In this document: piece by piece, positions 40,725-51,061 of the stretch
Position numbering within the stretch: position 1 is the first letter of the stretch
How the letters are laid out: each line of letters opens with the position of its first letter
Notes under the pieces: model-generated
What the model saw: only the letters and a program-made list of their open reading frames with translations
The model's database searches: none
What the model was told of the DNA's origin: nothing
Program-made: the position numbers and the translations under genes
Source of the DNA: Halobacteriota archaeon
GTDB lineage: Archaea; Halobacteriota; UBA148
Direction: 5' to 3'
Length of the DNA stretch: 64,000 nt
NCBI GenBank assembly: GCA_042577985.1
Contig: JBHPDI010000001.1
Span: forward strand, 2,334 to 66,333

Positions 40725-41727
40725 CTCCAACCTTCCATATTTGTAATCCTTTTGTTTCAAATCCAAAATCAATTATCTTCACACCATATTCTTTGATTTT
40801 ATCTTCCACTTTGTACTTCTTGTCGTACTCGCAGAAGAGCAAAAGATGTCCTCCCCCTCCTGCACCAAGTATCTTTCCGCCAATTGCTCCGTTCTCTCTT
40901 GCAATTTCATATAGCTTGTCTATTTCAGGGTTAGTTATTTTATTTGATAGCCTTTTCTTTTCTATCCATCCTTGATGTAAAAGCTCACCAAATCTCCTAA
41001 GATTACCTTTAATCAGAGAATATTTCATTTCATCGGCAATACTCTTCAGATTATGCATTCCTTCTATCGAGTCTTTTTTTCTTTCTTTATATCTTTTTAC
41101 CAGATCAACTTGAATTTCACTCGACAGTCTTGTATCACCTGTATAACAGAGCAACAAGCGATATTGGAGTTCGTTTAAATTTTCAGAACGGAGTCGCAAC
41201 GGATTTACAATGACTTCATCCTTAAATTCGATATAGTTAAGTCCTCCAAATGTGGAAGCGTATTGATCCTGATATCCTCCTTCCATCTTTAACTCTTCTC
41301 TCTCTATATGATATGCGAGTTCTGCGACTTCGTATCCCTCCATGCAAATCTCAAGGAATTCTTTGAAAGCCCCTATCAAAGCCACTGTAACTGCAGATGA
41401 GATGCCCATTCCAGAGCCAGGCGGCATATCGCTATGTATTAATAAATCACATCCTTTATCAACACTAAACTCGTTTATTATTGCTTTTACTATGTCTAAT
41501 CTGCCATTGTATTCCAGTTCTTCTCCAATTTCAAAGCTTTTTTTTAATCTATAATCCAATGAATATATGTTAATTGCTTTATTTTTATTCGGTGTAATGG
41601 TGGCGTATGCATATTTATTTATGGTAGTGCTGATCACTGCGCCGCCATGTTCTCGACAGTAAGGTGGCACATCAGTTCCTCCACCTCCAAAACTGATCCG
41701 AAAAGGGGATCTACTCCTTATGACCAT
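40711..41727 (-). CDS. hddA: D-glycero-alpha-D-manno-heptose 7-phosphate kinase (GHMP kinase, HddA-type)
   Basis: 338 aa. Has RSPFRISFGGGGTD (GHMP N-terminal motif), PPGSGMGSSA (ATP loop), and gene context consistent with the heptose pathway. Confidence 0.7.
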   Translation of the reverse strand: MVIRSRSPFRISFGGGGTDVPPYCREHGGAVISTTINKYAYATITPNKNKAINIYSLDYRLKKSFEIGEELEYNGRLDIVKAIINEFSVDKGCDLLIHSDMPPGSGMGISSAVTVALIGAFKEFLEICMEGYEVAELAYHIEREELKMEGGYQDQYASTFGGLNYIEFKDEVIVNPLRLRSENLNELQYRLLLCYTGDTRLSSEIQVDLVKRYKERKKDSIEGMHNLKSIADEMKYSLIKGNLRRFGELLHQGWIEKKRLSNKITNPEIDKLYEIARENGAIGGKILGAGGGGHLLLFCEYDKKYKVEDKIKEYGVKIIDFGFETKGLQIWKVGDEDK

Positions 41728-42449
41728 ATTAGCTCCTCCAGCTCTTTTTTGATCCTCTCATAGTCTTCTGGTGTGCCCAAGTCTCGAAAGTAACAATTCG
41801 TTTTATATCCAAATATGCGATTTGTTTCCACTATCTTTGGAAAAAGGTCATATTCAATAGAAAATACCTCTTTGGCAGGCATATAACTGTATATGTCTAA
41901 GTCAAAGACATAAGCACCCGTGTTAATACTTCCAAAGTTTTTTTCACTTTTTTCTATAAATTTCGTAATTATGCAATGTTCATTAATTTCGACTGCTCCG
42001 TATCTATGGTTTTCTTCATTTATGTTAGCCAGTGATATTGTTGCTAAACCCTTTTTTTCTTCATGAAAACTCAAAAAATCAGTGAAATCTGTGAGGAGAT
42101 AAGTATCTCCATTCATAACCATGAATTTATCTTCATTAACAACATAGGATTCCGCGTTTTTTAGAGCCCCGCCAGTTCCCAAAGGTTTTTCCTCCTCCAC
42201 ATATTCAATGTGTACCTCAAACTTTTTCCCATTTCCAAAGTAATTCTTGATTTCATTACTCATATACCCAACAGAAAGAATAATGTCTCTTAGATTGAAC
42301 CTCTTTAGCAATTCGATTTGCCATTCCAAAAAGGGCTTTCCACATATTTGAGCCATAGGCTTTGGCTTATCACTAATAATTTTCCGAAGCCTTGTTCCAA
42401 GTCCACCAGCCAAGATTATTGTTTTCATAATAAGCCTATTTTTTTTCAA
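41718..42449 (-). CDS. hddC: D-glycero-alpha-D-manno-heptose 1-phosphate guanylyltransferase (HddC-type NTP transferase)
   Basis: 243 aa. Has IILAGGLGTRLR...KPKPM, and gene context consistent with the heptose pathway. Confidence 0.7.
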   Translation of the reverse strand: MKKNRLIMKTIILAGGLGTRLRKIISDKPKPMAQICGKPFLEWQIELLKRFNLRDIILSVGYMSNEIKNYFGNGKKFEVHIEYVEEEKPLGTGGALKNAESYVVNEDKFMVMNGDTYLLTDFTDFLSFHEEKKGLATISLANINEENHRYGAVEINEHCIITKFIEKSEKNFGSINTGAYVFDLDIYSYMPAKEVFSIEYDLFPKIVETNRIFGYKTNCYFRDLGTPEDYERIKKELEELIWS

Positions 42450-42604
42450 TTATGCTTTTTCAGTAGTTCCAAAATACCCCTCTTCCGAGTACGATTATAT
42501 ACTATACTTTCATGTCGGTTTGGCGGATTGTTTATGTGAGGATTGTGAATAAGCGGTAGAATGGATTGGAAAATCGTGTTCGAAACTCGGTGAATCAGGA
42601 AGTA

Positions 42605-43534
42605 CTATTTTAAGACTTTCTTTGCCGACTCAACTATTTTTCTTGTCGTTAAACTATACAACTCATACAACTCATTAGTATCGCCAGATTGTCCAAATCT
42701 ATCTCGAACTGCTACAAACTCCATCGGTACCACTTCATTACATACAATTGTTTCTGCTACTGCGCCACCTAATCCCCCCAAGATACTATGCTCTTCTACT
42801 GTAATGATTGCCCCGGTTTCACGGGCTGCTTTTATTATAATATCTGTATCAATAGGCTTAATCGTATGTATGTTGATCACCCTTGCATCAATCCCTTCTT
42901 TATTAAGGTCATCCGCTGCATCTAATGCCTTACTAACCATCGTTCCAGTTGCTATGATCGTCAAATCAGATCCTTCTCTCAGCGTTATACCTTTTCCCAA
43001 CTCGAATTGGTAATTCGAATCAAATAGGATTGGTGTTTTAATCCTACTCAAACGAACATAGAAAGGTCCTGGATAGTAAACGATTGCACATATTGCCTGT
43101 TTAGTCTCTTCTGCGTCGGCTGGCACAATAACCTGCATATTTGGAATGACTCGCATGAGGGCTATATCTTCTAGCGATTGATGGGAGGCACCGTCTGGAC
43201 CATTGCTCAGTCCTGCATGACTTACAACGATTTTTACATCCAGATTATCATGAGCTACTATACTTCTAATTTGTTCCCACGCTCTGCCAGTTGCAAAAAT
43301 CGCATATGAACTTGCAAAGGCTATTTTACCGGAATATGCAAGCCCAGCTGCCGTTCCTATCAAATCTTGCTCAGCACAACCAACATTAAAAAATCTCTTA
43401 GGGTATCTCTCTGCAAATTTACTCGTTTTTGTAGATGTTGAAAGATCTGCATCTAATACGACGATTCTTTCTTCTTTAGCACCTATCTCAGCTAAACACT
43501 CACCATAAGCATCACGTGTGGATTTTTCAATCAT
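42605..43534 (-). CDS. Transketolase, C-terminal (pyrimidine-binding) subunit
   Basis: 309 aa. GTAAGLA...VAHDN...GPDGASHQ matches the split-tkt B subunit. Confidence 0.8.
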   Translation of the reverse strand: MIEKSTRDAYGECLAEIGAKEERIVVLDADLSTSTKTSKFAERYPKRFFNVGCAEQDLIGTAAGLAYSGKIAFASSYAIFATGRAWEQIRSIVAHDNLDVKIVVSHAGLSNGPDGASHQSLEDIALMRVIPNMQVIVPADAEETKQAICAIVYYPGPFYVRLSRIKTPILFDSNYQFELGKGITLREGSDLTIIATGTMVSKALDAADDLNKEGIDARVINIHTIKPIDTDIIIKAARETGAIITVEEHSILGGLGGAVAETIVCNEVVPMEFVAVRDRFGQSGDTNELYELYSLTTRKIVESAKKVLK

Positions 43535-44382
43535 GCCAACACATCTCGTTTATAAATTGAATCCAATTCATTCAGTGCTTTTTCAATCTCTGTCGGAGTT
43601 GGTGCTCTTCCATGAAAATCTTTTATCCATTCCATAAAGGAAACACCTCTGCCCTTTATTGAATGAGCAATTATCACAGTTGGCTGCCCTCTCTTATTTT
43701 TTGAGGCATTAAATGCTTTTAAGACTTCTTTGACATCATAAGCATCCACCTCAATGACTCGCCAACCAAACGCATGCCATTTTTCTACGAGCGGTTCCAG
43801 ACTCATAATTTTCTCTGTTGGTCCGTCTATTTGCAGACCATTTCGATCTACAATAGCTACGAGATTATCTAAATTGTAATGAGCAGATGTCATTGCTGCC
43901 TCCCAGATTAGACCTTCGTCACACTCTCCATCCCCAAGGAGAACATAAACTCGGTAGTTTTTATTATCAATTTTTCCCGCCATAGCCATGCCATTTGCTA
44001 TCGAAAGTCCTTGACCTAATGAGCCTGAAGACATTTCTATCCCTGAGATTCTATTTCTATCAGGGTGTCCTTGGAGAACACTATTAACTCTTCGAAGATT
44101 TTCCAATTCTTCAAGCGGGATATAACCGGATTCCGCTAAAGCTGCATATAGTGTTGGGGCTGCGTGACCCTTGCTTAATACAAATCTATCTCTATCGGGC
44201 CAATTAGGATTTTTTGGATCATGGTGCATCACATAAAAATATAATGCTGTAATCACATCTACACATGACAATGACCCACCAGGATGCCCTGACCCAGCTT
44301 TTGAAATCATTTTTAAGACATGTACTCGAATTCTATATGCTTTTTCCAAAAGTCGTTTAATATCTTCTTCCCTTACTTTCAT
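43531..44382 (-). CDS. Transketolase, N-terminal (TPP-binding) subunit
   Basis: 283 aa. Has GSGHPGGSLS and LLGDGECDEG, the TPP-binding motif GDG-x-E. Confidence 0.8.
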   Translation of the reverse strand: MKVREEDIKRLLEKAYRIRVHVLKMISKAGSGHPGGSLSCVDVITALYFYVMHHDPKNPNWPDRDRFVLSKGHAAPTLYAALAESGYIPLEELENLRRVNSVLQGHPDRNRISGIEMSSGSLGQGLSIANGMAMAGKIDNKNYRVYVLLGDGECDEGLIWEAAMTSAHYNLDNLVAIVDRNGLQIDGPTEKIMSLEPLVEKWHAFGWRVIEVDAYDVKEVLKAFNASKNKRGQPTVIIAHSIKGRGVSFMEWIKDFHGRAPTPTEIEKALNELDSIYKRDVLA

Positions 44383-45412
44383 TCTCCTCTCTCGATATAG
44401 CCTCTTTTAATTCTTGTGTGGATAACAATGCCAAGCCCTTTTTATTCGCAGTCAATCCCGCGGCATAATTTGATAGTTTTGCTGCCTCTACTAGAGTTGC
44501 ACCTGTTGTTAGACCCAAAGCTAATACACTTGTAATCGTATCTCCAACACCTGTAACATCAAGTGGATTTTTTACAACCGGAGGAATAAAGGATACACTT
44601 TCATTTTGCTCAAAAACATAAAAACCTTCTTCTACCCATGTTATTAAAACTCCTTTGCATTCTAGCATGGTCATGATTCTTTGGCCCATATTTCGTATAC
44701 TTGTTTCGTTAATTGGTGTGACTCCAGTGGCATAACTTGCTTCTTTTCGATTTGCTCTAATCACGGTCACACCTTTGTATAATAAAAAATTTTCTTTTTT
44801 AGGGTCAACAACAATTTTTTTTCCATATTTCATCGTAATTTCGACTGCTGTGTCCACAAGTTTTGGCGTTATAACACCTCTACCATAATCAGAAATAACA
44901 ATTACATCCACATCATCAATTAATTCTTTTATATAATCTATAAGCATTATAGTGGTTTTAGAACCTATTTGTGCTTTGTCGGCTCTATCTAAACGAAGTA
45001 TTTGCTGTTCAAAAGTTCTAATCCTGGTTACCAAAGTTGTAGGCTCTTCTGTTCTAAAAATACCGTCTGTAGCTATGCCTCTATTCTTTAATTCGTTAAC
45101 CAAATAATCTCCCTCATGATCATCTCCAACAACACTCGCCACACAAATTTCTCCTCCCAGCGCATGAAGATTATTAACGGCATTTGCAGCTCCGCCTATC
45201 ACAAGAGACTCTGAGCTAATATCAACAACTGGTACTGGTGCTTCAGGCGAAATCCTGGTCACATCACCAATAATAAATTTGTCCACCATCACATCGCCTA
45301 TCACCAATATTTTCTTATTATTAAACTTGTCTACTATGTCAGATAGTTCTATTCTCTCACCTCTCTTTCTGCATAGTTTTGGAGTATTTAAATAAGTTAT
45401 GGTGTGCTGCAA
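44357..45412 (-). CDS. PfkB-family sugar kinase resembling HldE/RfaE domain I (D-beta-D-heptose 7-phosphate kinase)
   Basis: 351 aa. ILVIGDVMVDKFIIGDVTRISPEAPVPVV...GGAANAVNN closely parallels the RfaE kinase-domain N-terminus (VMVVGDVMLDRYWYG...ISPEAPVPVV...GGAANVA). Confidence 0.55.
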   Translation of the reverse strand: MQHTITYLNTPKLCRKRGERIELSDIVDKFNNKKILVIGDVMVDKFIIGDVTRISPEAPVPVVDISSESLVIGGAANAVNNLHALGGEICVASVVGDDHEGDYLVNELKNRGIATDGIFRTEEPTTLVTRIRTFEQQILRLDRADKAQIGSKTTIMLIDYIKELIDDVDVIVISDYGRGVITPKLVDTAVEITMKYGKKIVVDPKKENFLLYKGVTVIRANRKEASYATGVTPINETSIRNMGQRIMTMLECKGVLITWVEEGFYVFEQNESVSFIPPVVKNPLDVTGVGDTITSVLALGLTTGATLVEAAKLSNYAAGLTANKKGLALLSTQELKEAISREENESKGRRY

Positions 45413-45722
45413 TCATTATGTAAACTTACGTAGCTAAATTAAAGCAGATAATGGTGGGGGGAAGTATGAGCAGAAAGGGTAACACAACAATACAATCCTT
45501 TTTGTTTTACGTTGCGTTGGAGCATTCGACGAGGTCTCCAGAGTTATTACTGGGGTTTGCCATATCTGCTAAATTAAAGCCATAGGGAAGAACGGTAGAA
45601 AGGGAAGATGTTGTTGTAACTCTTAATATGGATAACGATAACAATAGGTTCATTAATAAGGATAGGTATGAAACACTTTATGGGATGGGAATGCATTTTT
45701 TTAAGGAGAATTTAATACTAAA

Positions 45723-46793
45723 ATGGGGGAAGAAATGCGAATAGCAATACTAAGCACATTCCCAGATAAGAAATGTGGAATTGCAGATTACATATATCCA
45801 GTTGTTCAAGAACTTAAAAAGAGTGATGAACTAGAGAAGCTCATCGTTATCGGAGACCTTGAATCTACGAAAGCAGATTACATGGTAGATTTTAAATCGT
45901 TCAAATTGTATAAACTTGTAAATGAAATTATTGCTAAAGAGTCAATAGACCTGCTATACATAGAGCATGAATATTGGATTTATGGTAAAACCAATCTCGG
46001 CTTCATTGGGGTACATAAAAAGCTGGATATACCCATCGTTACTAACTTCACTGCAATTTCCTCAAATGATCCGGGCATCTCCTTATTGGAGCGCATCCGG
46101 GCAAAAATAGTGGAAGGAATAGTTTCAACCAGGGCGAAGAAGATAGTCGTTTCTTATGGAGCTGATGAAGAGCAACTTGCTGACTTGCCAACGCAGAAAA
46201 TAGCTAAAATTCCACTTGGAATAGCTCCCATTTCTAAACTTGAAAAACGTAAAAAAGAAGGAGACAAGAAAACCATCCTATTCTTCGGGATAATATCTTC
46301 TCATAAAGGTGTAGAAAATCTCATTAAATCTTCAAAATACCTCAAAGATGTGAGAATAGCAATCGCGGGCAGACCTAATATGGATTTTAAAGAACTGCTA
46401 ATGCTTAAAGAAGAATACTTAAAATACAATGAAATAATCCTCGATTTCGAATGGATACCTGATGATAAGAAAAATGAATATTTCAGCAAGGCCGATGTAG
46501 TAGTCCTACCCTACACAAGGATAGGTATTCAATCTGGAGTGTTATACGATGCTCTAGGTTATGGTGTTCCTTGCGTTGTAAGTAGTGGGGGAATGATGGG
46601 TGCAGTTGTAAATGAATATAGTTTGGGGGCGGTAGTGGATCCAATGGATCCAGAAGACATTGCAAGAGGTATCACCAAGGTACTCAATGGTTATAGCAAA
46701 TATAAAGATAATGTGCTTAAATATCAGAAGACAGCGAGTTGGGAGAACGTGGCGAAGATGTATGTCGGGTTATTTAAAGAGGTATTAGTTTGA
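45723..46793 (+). CDS. Glycosyltransferase family 4
   Basis: 356 aa with a C-terminal GT-B domain (GVLYDALGYGVPCVVS). Confidence 0.6.
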   Translation: MGEEMRIAILSTFPDKKCGIADYIYPVVQELKKSDELEKLIVIGDLESTKADYMVDFKSFKLYKLVNEIIAKESIDLLYIEHEYWIYGKTNLGFIGVHKKLDIPIVTNFTAISSNDPGISLLERIRAKIVEGIVSTRAKKIVVSYGADEEQLADLPTQKIAKIPLGIAPISKLEKRKKEGDKKTILFFGIISSHKGVENLIKSSKYLKDVRIAIAGRPNMDFKELLMLKEEYLKYNEIILDFEWIPDDKKNEYFSKADVVVLPYTRIGIQSGVLYDALGYGVPCVVSSGGMMGAVVNEYSLGAVVDPMDPEDIARGITKVLNGYSKYKDNVLKYQKTASWENVAKMYVGLFKEVLV

Positions 46794-46854
46794 TTTTGAC
46801 AAATTAAATATCACTGTTTGCCGAAAATAGTGCCAAAGTTTGTTTTATCTCACG

Positions 46855-47049
46855 GATGGTGAGCAGGAGGTTATTTCAGAGATTCCGAGAAAAGTAGCGG
46901 AACTCGACAAACTGTTAGGGATTGAGGTATTCCCTAAAATGATGCGGAATTAATGTTATAAAGAGAAGGAAGAGACAACGGTGAAGATGATAAGTGTTGA
47001 TTTGGGGTGTGGAACAAATAAAAGGGCAGATATCGGTTTGGATAGTTAA
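46855..47049 (+). pseudogene. Remnant of a class I SAM methyltransferase gene (motif I fragment ...VKMISVDLGCGTNKRADIGLDS*, preceded in the same frame by ...IPRKVAELDKLLGIEVFPKMMRN*)
   Basis: Translating the spacer gives a G-x-G-x-G motif-I fragment with stops on both sides. No full-length ORF exists. Confidence 0.4.
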
Positions 47050-47106
47050 TTTAAATATATGCAAAATTTAGTTACAATGGATGTAATATGGAGGTGAAAT
47101 ACATCT

Positions 47107-48096
47107 ATGGAATCCTTGGATACAGAAGGTGGAAAGGGTGAAAGTGGTGGTACAGGAAATCAACCAAAAGTCTCTATTGTTCTTTTGGGCTATAATAGGG
47201 CGCACATGCTACCAAAATGCATCGAAACCTTGAAAGAGCAAGATTATGAGAATATTGAAATAATTTATGTAGATGATGCAAGCATAGACAATAGTGTAGA
47301 CGTTGCTGAATCTTATGGGATAAAGAAAATAATTCGGCTGCCAGAGAATAAAGGTTTCGGGCCACCGAATAATAAAGGTGTGAAGATTGCAGAAGGTGAC
47401 TTTGTTTTTTTTGTACATGATGATATGTATTTTGAAAAAAGCTGCGTTTCGGAGCTTGTAAAAGAGATAACAAACGATGAAGATATTTTTGCTGTTGACC
47501 CCCTCCAATATAATTGGGAAGGCACAGAGATACACCATGGTGCTATAAAGATAAAGAAGAGCGGTCTCAAAAATTGGTTCCCTTTTGTCCTGGTAGATTT
47601 TGATGTTGTAGACGAAAAAATTGAAATCCCTTGGGGGTGTGCCGGCAGTTTAATGGTAAGAAGAGAAATGTTCGAGGAACTAGGTGGATTTGATAGCACT
47701 TTCTTCCTAGACTGCGAGGATACGGATTTATGTGTAAGAGCATGGATGAGGGGATGGAAAACGGTGTATGTTCCATCTGCTAAACTTTACCACATGGTAT
47801 CTGGAGGTACCAGAACCCCATCAGATTTGAGAATGCTCAGCGGTGAGAAGAACTTCTTAAGATTCGTTCTTAAGGTAATGAGCAAGAAAATGGTTGTTAG
47901 AATGTATCTTGCAAAATTGGTACAGGCACTTGGATTAATACTTATGGGCAAGAAAAGGGGTGTGCTTATCCTTAAGGCAATGGTAAGGACCCTATCAAAC
48001 TTTAATGAAATCTCAGAGGAAAGGAAAAAAATATTTTTAGCAAGTAAAGAGAGCGGTGACGAGATATTAGAAAAATTTTTAGCTAAATCACAATAA
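47107..48096 (+). CDS. Glycosyltransferase family 2
   Basis: 329 aa. Has VSIVLLGYNRAHML...YVDDASIDNS. Confidence 0.7.
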   Translation: MESLDTEGGKGESGGTGNQPKVSIVLLGYNRAHMLPKCIETLKEQDYENIEIIYVDDASIDNSVDVAESYGIKKIIRLPENKGFGPPNNKGVKIAEGDFVFFVHDDMYFEKSCVSELVKEITNDEDIFAVDPLQYNWEGTEIHHGAIKIKKSGLKNWFPFVLVDFDVVDEKIEIPWGCAGSLMVRREMFEELGGFDSTFFLDCEDTDLCVRAWMRGWKTVYVPSAKLYHMVSGGTRTPSDLRMLSGEKNFLRFVLKVMSKKMVVRMYLAKLVQALGLILMGKKRGVLILKAMVRTLSNFNEISEERKKIFLASKESGDEILEKFLAKSQ

Positions 48097-48099
48097 CAC

Positions 48100-49080
48100 C
48101 TATACCTTTTTTATGATACCTTTCACAAACCCAACAAACAACCAAATATATTTGTAAAACAAAAGTATTGGCATGAGAAATATAATCCTGGAAAAATCTT
48201 CTATTATGATAGACCTGAGTATGATGTATAAATAAAGCAAGAAGAAAGGTATCAGCGAAATAGCGATATAAGTTATATTTATATGCGCTATAACGGAAAC
48301 AATCAAAAAAATAGGTAAAGCAGCGAAGTAGATTATTATAAACATTTTAATTGTGTTTCCAAGCAGATTACTACTGAAGTATCGCCAATTCGCCAATGGC
48401 TCACCATACCAGATACACTTCTTATAATATCTGAAGAAGCCTATATCTTGCTTCTCCTCATGATTTACGGCCTTTGGAGCGTATAGGAATTCATATCCTT
48501 GCTTTTTAAGCTCATCGAGCTTCTTCAACACTCGATTATACAATTCAGTATCTTCTCCAGCTCTCAAATTCTCATCGTATAAACCAACGATATCGTATAA
48601 CTTCTTCCTTGGCATTAGGGGGTCTACACCCTTTAGCTCTTCTGGAATCTTGCTCCAGCCCATTATTTTGTCGTATAGATAAACTAACAATGGAAATAGA
48701 CCTTGACCTTGTGGTGGATCAAAACCTTCTTTAGCTCTTACGCAGAGAACTTTATCAGATTTTGCATAATGCTTTGCTATTTCATTGATAAAATTCTTCG
48801 AGATCCAACAATCAGAATCCACAAATACAACTACGTCGCCATTTGCATTCGAAATTCCTTCGTTCCTAGCTGCACCAACGCCTTTTGGCTCCTTCCGAAT
48901 TATTTTGAATGGAAATTTCGATTTCTGCTTATAATTCTCTATTATCTCTTCCGTGCCGTCATCCGAACTATCCACAACTACAACTTCAATACTGGGATAT
49001 GTTTGACTTAATATGCTTTCAAAACATTTACTTATCGTATTTTTCGCATTCTTGCTGATTGTCACAACAGAAATTAGCAT
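48100..49080 (-). CDS. Glycosyltransferase family 2 with C-terminal TM helices
   Basis: 326 aa. Has ISVVTISKNAKNTI...VVVDSSDDGT...FVDSDC. Confidence 0.7.
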   Translation of the reverse strand: MLISVVTISKNAKNTISKCFESILSQTYPSIEVVVVDSSDDGTEEIIENYKQKSKFPFKIIRKEPKGVGAARNEGISNANGDVVVFVDSDCWISKNFINEIAKHYAKSDKVLCVRAKEGFDPPQGQGLFPLLVYLYDKIMGWSKIPEELKGVDPLMPRKKLYDIVGLYDENLRAGEDTELYNRVLKKLDELKKQGYEFLYAPKAVNHEEKQDIGFFRYYKKCIWYGEPLANWRYFSSNLLGNTIKMFIIIYFAALPIFLIVSVIAHINITYIAISLIPFFLLYLYIILRSIIIEDFSRIIFLMPILLFYKYIWLFVGFVKGIIKKV

Positions 49081-49116
49081 TTAAACATCCTTATTTATTC
49101 TCTTAACTCTTTATTA

Positions 49117-49899
49117 TCATTTTTCCTGTTCCACAATCCTCGTTATTGCGGTGATGTTCCAAACATTTTCGTCAACATTTCCATTCAAATCTAAAAAGGG
49201 ACATATTTTCAAGACTTCAAAACCAGCACTTTCTAGATAGTATTTTAGTTCTTGAGGAAAATAGAATCTAACGACATGCTTTTCGTTAACTTCATTGAAG
49301 GTGCCCTCCTTTTTATTTAGAACGATTAATTTGTAGTTCACTTCACAGATATGGTCAAAAGCCCTTAAATTCGGAATTGCAACTCTTAAGATTCTCACTT
49401 TATCATTTTCGATCTCTTTTATTCTTTGTTCTGGAAGAGTCCTCATAACAGCTAATCCGTTCCAAACATCAAAAATAAAAATGCCGTTTGGTTTTAAATG
49501 CCTGCGTATATTATTTAATGCCTTAACTACGTCAGAATTTTTTGTTATGTACCCCATCACAGCAAACATAGCAATACATGCATCGAATTTTTCGTGTAAG
49601 CGGAAATCACGCAGGTCCATGACACGAAACTCTAGGTTTGCTATGTTCTTTGATTTTTCCTTTGCCTTTTCGATGATCATTTCTGAAATATCGGAGCCCA
49701 CAACGTTATAATTTCTTTTTGCCAATGGAATTGCGTGACCGCCAGTGCCACATCCTGCATCGAGTAGTGTGCTTATTGGTTTTTCAGAATATTTTCTAAA
49801 AATTTCCTCTACAAAGTCGCATTCTATTTCGTAGTTTTTATCTTGGTAAATCAAGTCATATACGTCGGCTAATTCTTCTTTAAAAACCATTAATTCCAT
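49117..49899 (-). CDS. Class I SAM-dependent methyltransferase
   Basis: 260 aa. LLDAGCGTGGHAIPLA is MTase motif I. Confidence 0.7.
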   Translation of the reverse strand: MELMVFKEELADVYDLIYQDKNYEIECDFVEEIFRKYSEKPISTLLDAGCGTGGHAIPLAKRNYNVVGSDISEMIIEKAKEKSKNIANLEFRVMDLRDFRLHEKFDACIAMFAVMGYITKNSDVVKALNNIRRHLKPNGIFIFDVWNGLAVMRTLPEQRIKEIENDKVRILRVAIPNLRAFDHICEVNYKLIVLNKKEGTFNEVNEKHVVRFYFPQELKYYLESAGFEVLKICPFLDLNGNVDENVWNITAITRIVEQEK

Positions 49900-51061
49900 C
49901 CCCTTTTCGAATATCTTTTATTTTGCTTATGATATAATCTAACTCATTCTTCCCAAGTAAAGGACTGCTAGGTATGTAAAATCCATTTTTAGCCACATAA
50001 TTGGCAACAGGGCATTCATCCTCTCTGACCCAACCTTTCTGAATAAAGATCTCCTGCATATTATAAGGAATAAAAGCTTCACGTGTTTCTATACCGTCTC
50101 TAGTCAATTTCTTCATGACGAACTCTCTTGGGAAATTAAATCCCTCCTGAAGAACTATATTGTACATCCAATAAACATTCTTAGCATAGTTTTTCTCAAC
50201 TGGTAGTCGTAAGCCAGAAATGTCTCTAAGGTTTTCGTCATAATAATGGGCAATCTTACGCTTTTTATCAATTATTTCATCAATTTTTTTAAGTTGGGCG
50301 CAACCAATAGCAGCTTGGATATTTGCCATGCGGTAACCAAATCCGATATCCGTGTGCATAAATTTATTATTTGTTCCGAAAGCTAAACTCTTTAAGGAGC
50401 GTACTTTATCGGCAATTTCAGCATTGTTTGTAGTTACCATGCCCCCTTCTCCCGTGGTGATAATTTTATTCGCATAAAAACTGAAGCACCCGACATCACC
50501 TAAAGAACCGACTTTTATTCCTTTGTACAGAGCACCGTGAGCTTCTGCACAGTCCTCAACGACATATAGCCCGTATTTCTTTGCTATCTTCAAAATTGGA
50601 TCCATGTCAACAGGATGACCATAAATATGCACAGCCAAAATTGCTTTAGTTTTTTCATTAATTTTTTCTTCAATTAACGCAGGGTTGATATTCCATGTGT
50701 CAGGTTCTATATCAATTGGAATGGGCTTGGCGCCTTGATATAGGACAGCAAAAAAGGTTGCCATATTAGTGAAGGAGGAAACCAAAATTTCATCGGCATG
50801 GCCGATTCCTAATGATGCTAATGCGAGATGCAATGCGGAAGTACCACTGTTTGTAGCAATACCATAAGCACAGCCAGAATAATGTGAAAAATCCTCCTCA
50901 AATTTATCTATATATTGTCCATATAGACCTGAAATCGCACCGTCTCCAAGTGCGGATAAAACGTATTTAGTTTCCTCTTCATCTAAAAATGGCTGAGATA
51001 CTGGAATCTTCATTTGTCTAAGATTCCTCCTCTCGTGTGTTCCTGTTTCGGATTCTCTCAT
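49880..51061 (-). CDS. DegT/DnrJ/EryC1/StrS-family NDP-sugar aminotransferase (PLP-Lys present)
   Basis: GCFSFYANKIITTGEGG, with the canonical Lys. The likely true start is MKIPVSQPF at 51013. Confidence 0.75.
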   Translation of the reverse strand: MRESETGTHERRNLRQMKIPVSQPFLDEEETKYVLSALGDGAISGLYGQYIDKFEEDFSHYSGCAYGIATNSGTSALHLALASLGIGHADEILVSSFTNMATFFAVLYQGAKPIPIDIEPDTWNINPALIEEKINEKTKAILAVHIYGHPVDMDPILKIAKKYGLYVVEDCAEAHGALYKGIKVGSLGDVGCFSFYANKIITTGEGGMVTTNNAEIADKVRSLKSLAFGTNNKFMHTDIGFGYRMANIQAAIGCAQLKKIDEIIDKKRKIAHYYDENLRDISGLRLPVEKNYAKNVYWMYNIVLQEGFNFPREFVMKKLTRDGIETREAFIPYNMQEIFIQKGWVREDECPVANYVAKNGFYIPSSPLLGKNELDYIISKIKDIRKGDGINGF

